A stretch of 64,000 nt of DNA from assembly GCA_965213675.1 (NCBI GenBank), contig OZ243916.1, positions 3,488,001-3,552,000 of the forward strand, in the 5' to 3' direction. This stretch comes from an uncultured Candidatus Binatia bacterium (lineage in GTDB: Bacteria > Desulfobacterota > Binatia > UBA9968 > JAJDTQ01). Shown here in pieces: positions 22,562 to 32,581 of this stretch; within the stretch, counting starts at the first letter, position 1, and every line of letters begins with the position of its first letter. The translations under genes and the position numbers were made by a program. The notes beneath the pieces are model-generated. The model was not told the origin of the DNA, searched no databases, and saw only the letters and a list, made by a program, of their open reading frames with translations.

Positions 22562-23086
22562 ATGGCTACGAGCGAGAAACGGAAAGTTGAGCGAGGCATC
22601 TGGAGCCGACGGGACTTCTTCGGCCGCCTCGGCTGGCTGGGGTTCGGGGTGTTCTCCTTGGTGTCCCTTCTCGGTTTTGTGCGTTCCGCGTTTCCGCGGG
22701 TGCTTTTCAAGCCTCCGTCGACGTTCAAGGCCGGTTTCCCAACCGACTACGCCATCGGCGAGGTGAGCGAGAAGTTCAAAAAGGAGTTCCGCGTGTGGAT
22801 CGTGCGCGAGGACGTGGGTTTCTACGCGGTCTCCTCCGAGTGTACCCATCTGGGATGCACCCCGCGCTGGCTCTCCGCGGAAAGCAAATTCAAGTGTCCC
22901 TGCCATGGAAGCGGCTTCTTCAAGACGGGGTTGAACTTCGAGGGGCCGGCGCCGAGGCCGCTGGACCGCTTCGAGATCGCCGTGGCGGAAGACGGACAAC
23001 TGGTGGTGGACAAAGCGAAGAAGTTCCGCATGGCGCCGGGCGGCGAGCCCGATGAACAGCATCCCGACAGTATTCTCAAGGTCTGA
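22562..23086 (+). CDS. Rieske iron-sulfur protein of a Rieske/cytochrome b complex
   Basis: Tat-like SRRDFF plus TM helix; CTHLGC and CPCHGS boxes; GPAPRPL. Confidence 0.93.
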   Translation: MATSEKRKVERGIWSRRDFFGRLGWLGFGVFSLVSLLGFVRSAFPRVLFKPPSTFKAGFPTDYAIGEVSEKFKKEFRVWIVREDVGFYAVSSECTHLGCTPRWLSAESKFKCPCHGSGFFKTGLNFEGPAPRPLDRFEIAVAEDGQLVVDKAKKFRMAPGGEPDEQHPDSILKV

Positions 23087-23094
23087 GACGGATC

Positions 23095-23865
23095 ATGATC
23101 AACCTGGAACAGCTCAAGAAGGACATTGTGGAGAGCCAGGTCTGGAAGTCGATCTTCCGGCATGGCTACGAGGACACGCCGCGGAACCGTGTGCTCATGG
23201 TGACGGGCAACGTGTGGATGCACCTGCATCCCGCCAAGGTGCGCAAGCACGCCGTGCGCATGCGGTTTACCTGGTGCATGGGGGGACTCACGTTTCTGAT
23301 GTTCCTGCTCACGGTGGTGACCGGCATCTACCTGATGTTCTACTACCGGCCGGTGCCGCAGTATGCGTACGCGGACATGAAGTACCTGGAGTTCGACATG
23401 CCCTTCGGCATGCTCATGCGCAACATGCACCGGTGGGCAGCCCACGCCATGGTCATCTTCGTGTGGCTGCACATGTTCCGGGTCTTCCTCACCGGTTCCT
23501 ACAAGCCGCCCCGCGAGTTCAACTGGATCGTCGGGGTGCTGCTGCTGGTGCTCACCCTGCTTTTGAGCTTCACCGGTTACCTCCTTCCGTGGGACCAACT
23601 CGCCATCTGGGCCGTCACCGTGGGCGCGAACATGGCCCGGGCCACGCCGTTGCTGGGGCATGAGGGCCCCTTCGCCGAGTTCGTCGGGGCCAACCCGATC
23701 TACGACGCGAGGGCGTTTCTGTTCGGCGGCGGCGACATCGGTCCGCATACGTTGCTGCGGTTCTATATCCTTCACTGCATCTTCATCCCGCTGGTGGCCA
23801 GCCTGCTCATGGCCGTGCACTTCTGGCGCATCCGCCGGGACGGTTTCTCCGGCCCTCCACTCTGA
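23095..23865 (+). CDS. Cytochrome b, N-terminal (b6-like) subunit
   Basis: WCMGG, RNMHRWAAH, WLHMFRVF, SFTGYLLPWDQ, RFYILH. Confidence 0.93.
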   Translation: MINLEQLKKDIVESQVWKSIFRHGYEDTPRNRVLMVTGNVWMHLHPAKVRKHAVRMRFTWCMGGLTFLMFLLTVVTGIYLMFYYRPVPQYAYADMKYLEFDMPFGMLMRNMHRWAAHAMVIFVWLHMFRVFLTGSYKPPREFNWIVGVLLLVLTLLLSFTGYLLPWDQLAIWAVTVGANMARATPLLGHEGPFAEFVGANPIYDARAFLFGGGDIGPHTLLRFYILHCIFIPLVASLLMAVHFWRIRRDGFSGPPL

Positions 23866-23915
23866 TCGCCTGTCCGTCGGCACGGTTTTATCGCTAAGGG
23901 AAAGGGTGCCATCGT

Positions 23916-24686
23916 ATGGCTGAGGCCGAGGAAAGAAGCCGGATCATCGTCGTAGACGACAAGATTCACACGTGGCCGCATCTGGTGCGCGGCGAGTTTC
24001 TGGTCACCATCTTCGTGATAGTGGGCATGACGCTTTGGTCGCTTCTGGTGGACGCGCCTTTGGAGGAGCCCGCCAATCCGGCCCGCACCCCCAATCCCTC
24101 CAAGGCGCCGTGGTACTTCCTCGGATTGCAGGAGATGCTGGTGTACTTCGATCCCTGGTACGCCGGCGTGGTGCTGCCCACCTTCATCATCATCGGCTTG
24201 ACGGTGATTCCGTTCATCGACATCAACGCCAGGGGCAACGGCTACTACACGTTCAGGGAACGCAAGTGGGAGATCCTGACGTTCTTTCTCGGCTTCCACG
24301 TCCTGTGGGTGGTCACGATCATTATCGGGACGTTCTTCCGCGGGCCGGGCTGGAACCTGTTCTGGCCTTGGGAACGCTGGGACCCTCACAAGGTGGTCGC
24401 CCTCACCAACGTGGATCTGCCCTATCTGGTGGGTCTGCGGGATTACTGGGTCCAGGCGGGCTTCGGCCTGTGCCTGGTGCTGATCTACTTCGTGGTTTCG
24501 ACGTGGCTGTTCTACAAGTGGGTGGTGTGGATCAAGGGCAAGGAGTTCATGATCCGGTGGGGCGCGGTGCGCTTTGCCATCACGTCCTTCCTGTTCGTCA
24601 CCATGATGGCGCTGCCGGTGAAGATGTTCCTGCGACTGGTGTTCAATATCAAGTACGTCATGGTCACCCCCTGGCTCAATATCTGA
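23916..24686 (+). CDS. Cytochrome b C-terminal / subunit IV-like protein
   Basis: APLEEPANP.RTPNPSKAPWYFLGLQE (PEWY-equivalent); multiple TM helices. Confidence 0.88.
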   Translation: MAEAEERSRIIVVDDKIHTWPHLVRGEFLVTIFVIVGMTLWSLLVDAPLEEPANPARTPNPSKAPWYFLGLQEMLVYFDPWYAGVVLPTFIIIGLTVIPFIDINARGNGYYTFRERKWEILTFFLGFHVLWVVTIIIGTFFRGPGWNLFWPWERWDPHKVVALTNVDLPYLVGLRDYWVQAGFGLCLVLIYFVVSTWLFYKWVVWIKGKEFMIRWGAVRFAITSFLFVTMMALPVKMFLRLVFNIKYVMVTPWLNI

Positions 24687-24853
24687 TGTTCTACGTAGCA
24701 AAGCTTGTTCAGGCCGTGGGCCTGGCCGCCGTGGGTTTCACGTTGTTCGTGGGCATCTTCCACGGCATTGCCATGGCCGAAGAGATCGTCATGACCCTCG
24801 TCGGCGTGACGGTGTTCTGGCTGGGGCGCGTGCTGGAGAGCAAGGCAGCTTGA
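24686..24853 (+). CDS. Small two-TM membrane protein (55 aa)
   Basis: TGATG stop/start overlap; MFYVAKLVQAVGLAAVGFTLFVG...LGRVLESKAA. Confidence 0.7.
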   Translation: MFYVAKLVQAVGLAAVGFTLFVGIFHGIAMAEEIVMTLVGVTVFWLGRVLESKAA

Positions 24854-24899
24854 CGCCAAGATGCGGATAGATTCTTCTGCGTGCTGTAAGGGAGCATGA

Positions 24900-27632
24900 A
24901 TGGCGGTTCGCGGTGTAGATCCGAATGAGGAGAAGAAGTCCTACGGGACGGTCTTTTTCGTAGGCTCCATCCTGCTGGTGGTAGTGTCCCTGTGGGCGAT
25001 TTTCGACGACAACATCACCAGGCGGGTGTGGAAGATTCATCAAACGGAGTTCATCCGCACGGACTACGAGCGCGCCGCCGCGGCGTTGGTCAAGGAGCAG
25101 GAGCGCCTGAACGCGGATCCAAAGTACGCGGATCTCCTGAAGCAACGCGCCGCTGCCGTGGAGAGCCTCGAGAGCGGGGAGCAGGGCGCGCGCCTCGCGG
25201 AGTTGAAGAAACGGCAGCAGCAGGTCGAGGTCGAGTACTTTGACGCGGATCAGGAGGTCAAGTTCGTCAAGAGCGAGTTGGACGAGGCTTGGTACGAGTT
25301 CGACCACGCGATCCAGTTGGGACAGGACGCGGGTCCTTACCGCAGGCGTATCCAGGAGCTGCAAGCCCAGCAGCGAGCCCTCGAACCGGCCCTGGTGTCT
25401 GCGCGCAAGGAGCGCGCCGGCGTCAAGGCAGAGATCAAGGAGGTCGAGAGCAGCGTCCAGAAGATCGACGATCAGTTCTACGCCATGGAGGGCGACAAGC
25501 GGAAATGGCAGCGCCAGATGGACAACGCCACGGTCACCGTCGGCCCGGAGGGCTTTCCGCAGTTCACTCTCTACAAGGTCCCCAATATTCAACAAGTGGT
25601 GCTCAAGGACTTCGACCGCAACAACTTCGACCAGCACGTGGACCGGGTGGACCGGTGCCAGTCGTGCCACATCGGCATCAACCGGAGCGGCTTCGACGAC
25701 TTGCCGCAACCCCTCACCACCCATCCGAAACGCACGGTGTTTCTCAGCGATACCGCGCATCCGCCGCGATTCTTCGGCTGCACCGCGTGCCACGACGGAC
25801 AGGGTGAGGCCGTCAACTCACTGGCCCAGGCCCACGGCAACGTGAAGTTCTGGGAGCATCCGCTGCACGAGGGCCATGAAGTGCAGGCCAGTTGCGTCAC
25901 TTGTCACATCAACGTCTCGGGCCTCGAAGGCGCCGGGGTGGTGGCGCGGGGGCAGCAGATCTTCGAGCAGGTGGGTTGCACCGGGTGCCACCTGGTGGAA
26001 GGCTACGCCGATATCCCCAAGGTCGGACCGAGTCTGCGCAAGGTCCAGGCCAAGCTCGATCCGGCATGGATGGTGAAGTGGATCGAGAACCCGCGGGAAT
26101 TCCGGCCCAACACCCGCATGCCGCACTTCTACTTCAAGGAAGACGAGGCGCTGGCCGCGGCGTCGTACCTGTGGACCGTGTCGAAGAAGGAAGCCGACGC
26201 ATGGCTCAAGGCCAGTCCCGCACCGGAGGGATACCAGCCCGGTGACGCCGCCATGGTGGAGAAAGGCCGCGAACTGGCTCGCTCGGTGGGGTGTCTCGGC
26301 TGTCACGGGTTCGCCGAGGATGAGTTCACCACCCGCGTCGGGGGCAAGGATCTGGTGCCGAACCTCAAGGACATCGCCGCCAAGGCGAACCCGCGCTGGA
26401 CCTACAACTGGCTGCTGAATCCCGAGAGCTACAATCCCGATACCCGCATGCCGAGTCTGCGCCTGTCCGACGACGAGGCGCTGGCGCTCACCACCTACCT
26501 CATGACGCTGGGCGAGAAGCCCGAACCGGACGCCGCCGTGGTCGCACGGCTTGAGAACCCCGCCAACATCGCCAAGGGCGAGAAGCTGGTGCGGAAATAT
26601 GGCTGTGCCGGCTGCCACGACATTCCGGGCATGGAGAACGAGTCCCGCATCGGCGTCGAGCTGACCACATTCGGCTCCAAGCCACTGGAAGAGTTGTTCT
26701 TCGGCAACGACACCCGCATCAAGCATACCTGGAAGGATTGGACCGACAACAAGATCCGCAGCCCGCGCGTGTACGCGACGGAGCGGGTCGAGCAGTTGAT
26801 GCCCCATTTCGATCTGGCCAAGGAAGACATCGAGGCGGTGAGGGTGTTGCTGCGGGGTTTCATCGAGCGCAAGGTGCCCGAGTCCTTCAAGGCCGACCAC
26901 TCCGAGCGGGCGCAGCAGATTCTCGCGGGTCGGCGCAAGGTACAGGAATACAACTGCATCGGTTGTCACGAGATCGACGGCATGGGCGGATACGTGCGCA
27001 AGTACTACGAGCAGAGCCCCACCCTGGCGCCGCCGGTGCTCAACGGCGAGGGCGAGAAGGTCCAGGCCAACTGGCTGTTCGGCTTCCTGCAGAACCCCGA
27101 GAACGCCATCCGGCCGTGGCTCCAGATCCGCATGCCGACCTTCGGTTTCGACGATCCCCATGCAGGCACGTTCGTGAACTACTTCGCCGGCCTGTCCGAG
27201 GTTGAGATTCCCTATGTCCACTTCGACGTGGCGCAGGTGCCCGAAGGCTTTCTTGAAGCCGGACGAATGCTCTATTCCGACGATTATTTCGAATGCGGCA
27301 CCTGCCACCAGCAAGGGGACAAGAAGCCGGAAGGGCCGGTGGAGGACTGGGCGCCCGACCTCAACCTGGCTAACCAGCGGCTGAACCCGGCATGGATCGA
27401 GGAGTGGATCCTTGACCCGCAGAAGCTCCAGCCGGGCACCAAGATGCCGGCGTTCTACCCGGGAGGCCCCGAGGACATCCTGGGCGGAGACGAGGGGAAG
27501 CAGATCGAGGCGCTGACCGATTACATCATGACGCTGGGCGCGCCGTCTGCCACGGCGGACAAGGCCGAAGCCGCGCGCGCCGCGGAACCATCGGAACAGC
27601 CTCCCTCTGAGGGTCAGACCAATCAGGGCTGA
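24900..27632 (+). CDS. Membrane-anchored octaheme cytochrome c with coiled-coil stalk
   Basis: N-terminal TM helix, long heptad-rich region, and eight CxxCH motifs (CQSCH, CTACH, CVTCH, CTGCH, CLGCH, CAGCH, CIGCH, CGTCH). Confidence 0.92.
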   Translation: MAVRGVDPNEEKKSYGTVFFVGSILLVVVSLWAIFDDNITRRVWKIHQTEFIRTDYERAAAALVKEQERLNADPKYADLLKQRAAAVESLESGEQGARLAELKKRQQQVEVEYFDADQEVKFVKSELDEAWYEFDHAIQLGQDAGPYRRRIQELQAQQRALEPALVSARKERAGVKAEIKEVESSVQKIDDQFYAMEGDKRKWQRQMDNATVTVGPEGFPQFTLYKVPNIQQVVLKDFDRNNFDQHVDRVDRCQSCHIGINRSGFDDLPQPLTTHPKRTVFLSDTAHPPRFFGCTACHDGQGEAVNSLAQAHGNVKFWEHPLHEGHEVQASCVTCHINVSGLEGAGVVARGQQIFEQVGCTGCHLVEGYADIPKVGPSLRKVQAKLDPAWMVKWIENPREFRPNTRMPHFYFKEDEALAAASYLWTVSKKEADAWLKASPAPEGYQPGDAAMVEKGRELARSVGCLGCHGFAEDEFTTRVGGKDLVPNLKDIAAKANPRWTYNWLLNPESYNPDTRMPSLRLSDDEALALTTYLMTLGEKPEPDAAVVARLENPANIAKGEKLVRKYGCAGCHDIPGMENESRIGVELTTFGSKPLEELFFGNDTRIKHTWKDWTDNKIRSPRVYATERVEQLMPHFDLAKEDIEAVRVLLRGFIERKVPESFKADHSERAQQILAGRRKVQEYNCIGCHEIDGMGGYVRKYYEQSPTLAPPVLNGEGEKVQANWLFGFLQNPENAIRPWLQIRMPTFGFDDPHAGTFVNYFAGLSEVEIPYVHFDVAQVPEGFLEAGRMLYSDDYFECGTCHQQGDKKPEGPVEDWAPDLNLANQRLNPAWIEEWILDPQKLQPGTKMPAFYPGGPEDILGGDEGKQIEALTDYIMTLGAPSATADKAEAARAAEPSEQPPSEGQTNQG

Positions 27633-27653
27633 TTTGGACAGTAGACAAGGGCC

Positions 27654-28385
27654 ATGATCGCACAAGGAGATAATATAATGGATCGCGGTTTCTCATTGCT
27701 CGTCGCGCTGATGTTCGCCATGACCGCAGCGCTGACACTCGGACTCAGTCCCACGGCCAACGCCGCCGGCGGCGCCATTTCCGGATCGGTTGCCTTCAAG
27801 GGCGAAGCCCCCGCGCCGAAGAAGCTGAAGATCACCAAGGACAAGAAGGCTTGCGACAAGCGGCCCAAGTTCGACTCGTCGCTGGTGGTGAAGGACGGCA
27901 AACTGGCAAACGTGATCGTCTATATCGCCGAGGTCAAGGGCGGCAAGGCCCTGGAGAAGAAAGCGGCGACCCTGGACCAGAACGGCTGCGAGTATCAACC
28001 GCATGTTCTCGCCGTGGCCGCGGGCGCCGATCTCACCATCCTCAACCCGGACAAGGTGCTGCACAACATCCACACCTACAGCAAGACCAACAAGCCGATG
28101 AACCGGGCGCAGCCCAAGTTCAAGAAGAAGCTCAAGGTGAAGTTCGACAAGCCGGAGATTATGGAAGTCAAGTGTGACGTCCACGGCTGGATGGCCGGCT
28201 GGATCTTCGTTGCCGGCAACCCCTACTACAGCATCACGGGCGACGACGGCGCGTTCAGCCTCACCGACGTGCCCGCCGGCAAGTACCAGGTACAGATCTG
28301 GCACGAAAAGCTCGGCACGCAGACCAAGGAAGTCGAGGTCAAGGACGGCGAGACCGCCAATCTCGACGTCGAGTTCGCGGGCTGA
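27654..28385 (+). CDS. Exported cupredoxin-like / carboxypeptidase-regulatory-like domain protein
   Basis: Signal peptide; DQNGCEYQPHV, LHNIH, KCDVHGWM, WHEKLG. Confidence 0.8.
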   Translation: MIAQGDNIMDRGFSLLVALMFAMTAALTLGLSPTANAAGGAISGSVAFKGEAPAPKKLKITKDKKACDKRPKFDSSLVVKDGKLANVIVYIAEVKGGKALEKKAATLDQNGCEYQPHVLAVAAGADLTILNPDKVLHNIHTYSKTNKPMNRAQPKFKKKLKVKFDKPEIMEVKCDVHGWMAGWIFVAGNPYYSITGDDGAFSLTDVPAGKYQVQIWHEKLGTQTKEVEVKDGETANLDVEFAG

Positions 28386-28406
28386 TCTCTGGAGCCGTTT
28401 GAAGTC

Positions 28407-28447
28407 AGAACGCCATGCCGACGTTGTCGCCGGCATGGCGTTCTTGT
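28407..28447 (+). terminator. Rho-independent terminator candidate
   Basis: agaacgccatgccg...cggcatggcgttct stem followed by a T-rich tail, after the cytochrome cluster. Confidence 0.65.
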
Positions 28448-28525
28448 TTCGGAAACGTCATCCCCGCACCTGCCTCCACCCTCCACCCATCCCGTACCCT
28501 CTTCGTCATTTCGGCACCCCCTCCG

Positions 28526-28574
28526 TCATTCCCGCGAAAGCTTGCCCTCGACCCCGATCGGGGGCGGGAATCCA
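28526..28574 (+). repeat. REP-like palindromic repeat (gtcattcccgcgaaagcgggaatcc family)
   Basis: gtcattcccgcgaaagc...gcgggaatcca; relatives at 34329 and 36847. Confidence 0.7.
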
Positions 28575-28596
28575 GGGGCCGGGAGAAGGAGAGTGG

Positions 28597-29280
28597 CTAC
28601 ATCCCCACCCGGCTCTTGAAGAAGTTCCAGGCGCGTTCCATGTCCGGCGGCGGCAGGGCCTCCTTCTGCCGGGAGCCGGCGGCTTCCCGGGGGAGGAGTT
28701 GCGGCGTGCCTATCTGCATGGCGCCATAGAGCACCTGCGCCGCTTCCTCCAGGTAGATGGCCATCATCACCGCTTCCGGCATGGTCCTCCCCACGGTGGC
28801 CTGGCCGTTCCCCTGCAACAACACGGCGGCCGCATCGCCCAGCGCCGCCGCCGCGCCTTCGCCCAGCTCCCGGGTGGAGATGAGGTCGATGGTCCTGAAC
28901 ACCGGCACGCCGCCGCTGAAGAAGCTGCCGTGGTTGTGCACCGCCTCCAGGGGGGTGTCCGTTACCGAGAACATGTTGGCGGTTCTTGCGTGGATCCGGG
29001 TGATGGCGTTGACATCGGGTCGGGCGTTGAAGATGGCCGTGTGAAGCGCGGTCTCGAAGGATGGCGGCGCCGGCGCCTCCAGCACCTTACCCTGGAGATT
29101 GACCACCACCAGTTGTCCGGGCTCCACCAGTTCCAGGGCGACCCGCGGCGTGATCACGAACAGGTCCGAGTGCGGAATCCGCGCGCTCACGTGTCCGAAT
29201 CCCTGCACCAGGCCCTCACGGCTCAGGATCCTGGCGGCCGCGATGATGTCCTCGTTGAGCTGTTCGATTCCATCCGGCAT
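28597..29280 (-). CDS. Class II aldolase/adducin family protein
   Basis: GFGHVSAR, ETALHTAIFNARPDVNAI, LLQGNG. Confidence 0.88.
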   Translation of the reverse strand: MPDGIEQLNEDIIAAARILSREGLVQGFGHVSARIPHSDLFVITPRVALELVEPGQLVVVNLQGKVLEAPAPPSFETALHTAIFNARPDVNAITRIHARTANMFSVTDTPLEAVHNHGSFFSGGVPVFRTIDLISTRELGEGAAAALGDAAAVLLQGNGQATVGRTMPEAVMMAIYLEEAAQVLYGAMQIGTPQLLPREAAGSRQKEALPPPDMERAWNFFKSRVGM

Positions 29281-29296
29281 GTTGCTTCCTTTCGAT

Positions 29297-30391
29297 TATT
29301 GAGAGCCGTAAAATATAGTGACATCGGATCAGAACGAGTGTATAGTAGTTGGCATGGGAAATCCACTTGGAGTTCGGCGGGACTTTGAAGCGTTGGAGCG
29401 GCGGCGAATGGCGGCGGGGAGGCTGTTGAAGCGAGGGCTGTCGGAGGCGGAGGTGGCGCGTCGGGTGGGAGTGCACCGCCAGTCGGTGAATCGATGGGCG
29501 CGGCAGTTGGCCGAGAGCGGCAGAGCAGGGCTCAAGCAAGCGGGGCGTGCGGGACGCAAGCCGCGACTGAGCCCGGCGGATGTGAAAAAGATCGAGGGCG
29601 GTTTGAAACGGGGACCGGAAGCCCTGGGGTACGACACGAGGCTGTGGACGGCCCAGCGAGTGGCCCACTTGATAAGGGAGAGATGTGGGGTCAGCTACCA
29701 TCCTGGACATGTTTGGCGGATTCTCCGGCAGTTGGGGTGGAGTTGCCAGCGGCCGACAGGACGTGCGTTGGAACGGGATGAGGAGGCGATCCGGCAGTGG
29801 AAGAAGAAGCGCTGGCCAGCGGTTAAAAAAAAGCCCGAAACGAGGGGCGGACCATAGTGTTTGTGGACGAGAGCGGGCTGAGCGAACGGCCGAATCGGTA
29901 TTCGTACCTGGTCGCCGCGAGGACAGCCACCGGTGCTGCAATATCACTTCAACTGGAAGAGTCTGTCGGCCATCGCTGGAGTCACGTGGTGGCGTTTCTA
30001 CTTTCGACTGTATCCGGGAGCCATCAAGAGTCCCCAGATCATCGAATTCCTGAAGCACTTGAGGCGGCAGGTTCCCGGGCCGTTGCTGGTGGTCTGGGAC
30101 GGCCTGCCCAGCCACCGGAGCCGGTTGGTTCGGGAGTTTGTTGCCGACACCGAGGGCGCGTTGGTCCTGGAACGGTTGCCGGCCTACGCCCCGGAACTGA
30201 ATCCCGTCGAATACCTCTGGGGATACTGGAAGCATCATAAACTGCCCAACTTCTGTCCCAAGGACTTCGGTCAACTCAGCCACCATGCTCGTCGTGCCCT
30301 TCGCCGAATGCAACGCCCGCCTCCACTCGTTACCGCATTCTGGAAGCAGGCCGACCTGTTCTAATGTCACTATACTATACGAGTCTCAATA
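29297..30391 (+). mobile_element. IS630-family insertion sequence
   Basis: TA flanks (29297-29298, 30390-30391); 26-bp terminal inverted repeats matching at 22/26; HTH ORF plus DDE ORF. Confidence 0.92.
29354..30364 (+). pseudogene. IS630 transposase with A8 slippery site and an extra frameshift
   Basis: HTH ORF ends 29857; -1 shift at A8 (29825-29832) gives IVFVDESG; extra base near 29899 is needed to reach IRTWSPRG...VWDGLPSH...LPAYAPELNPVE. Confidence 0.8.
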
Positions 30392-30419
30392 GGCCGTGGC
30401 CGGCGTCGACCATTGCGCG

Positions 30420-32373
30420 TCAGCCACGCAGCCGGAAGTCAAACTCGGGTTTTCCGTCGATGGCCATCAGCAGGGGTGGAAGGAACAGCAGATCGAGGAC
30501 CAGCGCGAAGCCGAGGGTGAGCGCAACCAGGAGGCCGAGCATCCAACTGATGGCGAATCCGGACGTGGCGAACACCAGGAAACCCAGCACCAGCATCATG
30601 GGCGTGGTGAAGCACGCACCACCTACGGAATTGAAGGCGTAGCGCACCGCCTCGGGCGAGGGAAGGTCCTCGCGACGGGCCTTCAGATACTTGGCCATGA
30701 TGTGAATCGTATCGTCGACGACCGTGCCGAAGGCGATGGCGGTGACGAGAGATCCGGCCGGCCCCACCTCGCTGTATAGATAGCCCCACAAGCCGAAGGC
30801 CATGGCCGATGGGATGAGGTTGGGTACGAGGCTGATGAGCCCGAAGCGCACGCTTCTGAAAATCGCCATCAGGATCAGCGAAATGACGATCATGCCGGTG
30901 ACCGTCCCCCACAACATGCTCAGAGTGTTCCGTATGGCCAGATGGGCGAAGACGAGGCTGTACCCCGATGCCTCGCTCGCCAGGTCGGGCGCGTTGGCGC
31001 GGAGCCAATCCTGACCGCGCATTTCGAGCGCGCGCAGTTCGTCGGATTTCAGTCTGCGCAGCGTGACGGTCATGCGCGGCGCGGACTTGGCGACGTTGAT
31101 GCGGTTGTTGAGGTCCATGCCGAAGGGAACCGAAAGCTCGTAGAGCAGCAGATACTGCGCGGCAAGCCGGGAGTCTTCGGGCAGCCGGTAGAAGGCCGGG
31201 TCGTCGCCGTGCATGTTCTTGTTGAGGCGCTTCATGATGTCCGAGAACACCTGGACATGCGCGGTTTCCGGCTGGGCGCGGTACCATTCGGCGAAAGTGT
31301 CGACCTTGCGCAGATAGGCGGGATCGGTGATGCCGCCGCCACGTCCGGCGTTCAGGCTGTACTCCAGCGTTTCCACGCCTGTGACGTTCTCGATGACGAA
31401 GTCGGTATCGCGCCGGAACTCGTAACGCTTGTCCAAATGAGTGGTCCAGTTGTCCGTCAGCTCGACGCGGGGCACGCCAGCCACCAGGGCGACGGCCACT
31501 GCGGCCACGGACCAGAGCAGGGGCGTGCGGCGCGCCACCACGAAAGCGCCGAGGCGATGGAAGAAAGCGGAGCCCCCGCGCGTGCCCCACGCGCGCGCAG
31601 CGGCAGTACCGACAGCAACGCCGGCAGAAGCGTCATGGAATACACGTAGGCCACCAGCATGCCGACGGCCAGGATGATGAGGAAGGCGGGCGCGAGAATC
31701 CCCATATCGTCCTGGGCCGCCTCGGTCAGGACCTGGTTCACGAAGACATTGCCGGTAACGTGATAGGCGATATCCGGATGGGTTGCCCGGGTCTTGTCCA
31801 GGAGGCCGCGGAGATAGTGGTAAGTCTGGATCTCAGCGGCGTCCGAATGCTCGGGCAGGGTGAAGCTGATCACCAGTCCGGCAACGCGCCCGCCGTGGGA
31901 GACGAGGCGGCCCGCGATGCTGGGCTCGGCCAACGCAATCTTCCTGATCCGCGCGAGGTCTTCATCGCTGAGCGATTCGGCGCCGTCCACGAGCCGCTCG
32001 ACGTTCAGGTCGTCGTCGACGGACTCGCTGTGGTTGTAGTTGGTGAGGGAGTCCACCCGGCTGGACCAGGGCACCTGCCACGCGGCCTCGGTCAGCTCCT
32101 CGATGGCGCCGAGGGCCTACCGGGTGAAGACCGAGCCCCCCGTGGGCGCCACCGCGATCACCGCCGCATTGGTCGCCGTATAGGTATCCTCCGGGCGTCG
32201 TACGCAACCAGTTGAGGGTTGTCCCCGTCCAGCATGTCGCGCCAGTCGTTGGAGATGTTGATGAACTGGAGGCCGGCCGTCAGAATCAGCATGACTGCGG
32301 CGGACGACGCGAAGACCAGCCATCGGCGGCGCAACGTGAACTCGATGTAGCGATTCAGAAAGGCCGAGTGCAT
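30420..32373 (-). pseudogene. MMPL/RND-family transporter, degraded
   Basis: Fragments in several frames (RVDSLTN, SMTLLPALL, FGTVVDDTIH); in-frame TAG at 32117-32119; frameshifts near 32195 and 31570; apparent loss of most of the first TM bundle. Confidence 0.82.
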
Positions 32374-32581
32374 GCTGGTCCATTCAATAGTTGGAAGGCA
32401 TGGCCCCGGTCCAATGGAAGCGGGCACTGGACGGGAAGGGCACAGACCGTTCCTGGCCCCACAACGACAAATGCGTTAGGGGATTCAACACATGACGCAC
32501 GATAAGGATGCCGGCCATGAATTCCAGCCGGGCCTCGAATGCATCAAACCGTGAATTCCGGGAAAGGTCGGAGGTGAGCCA

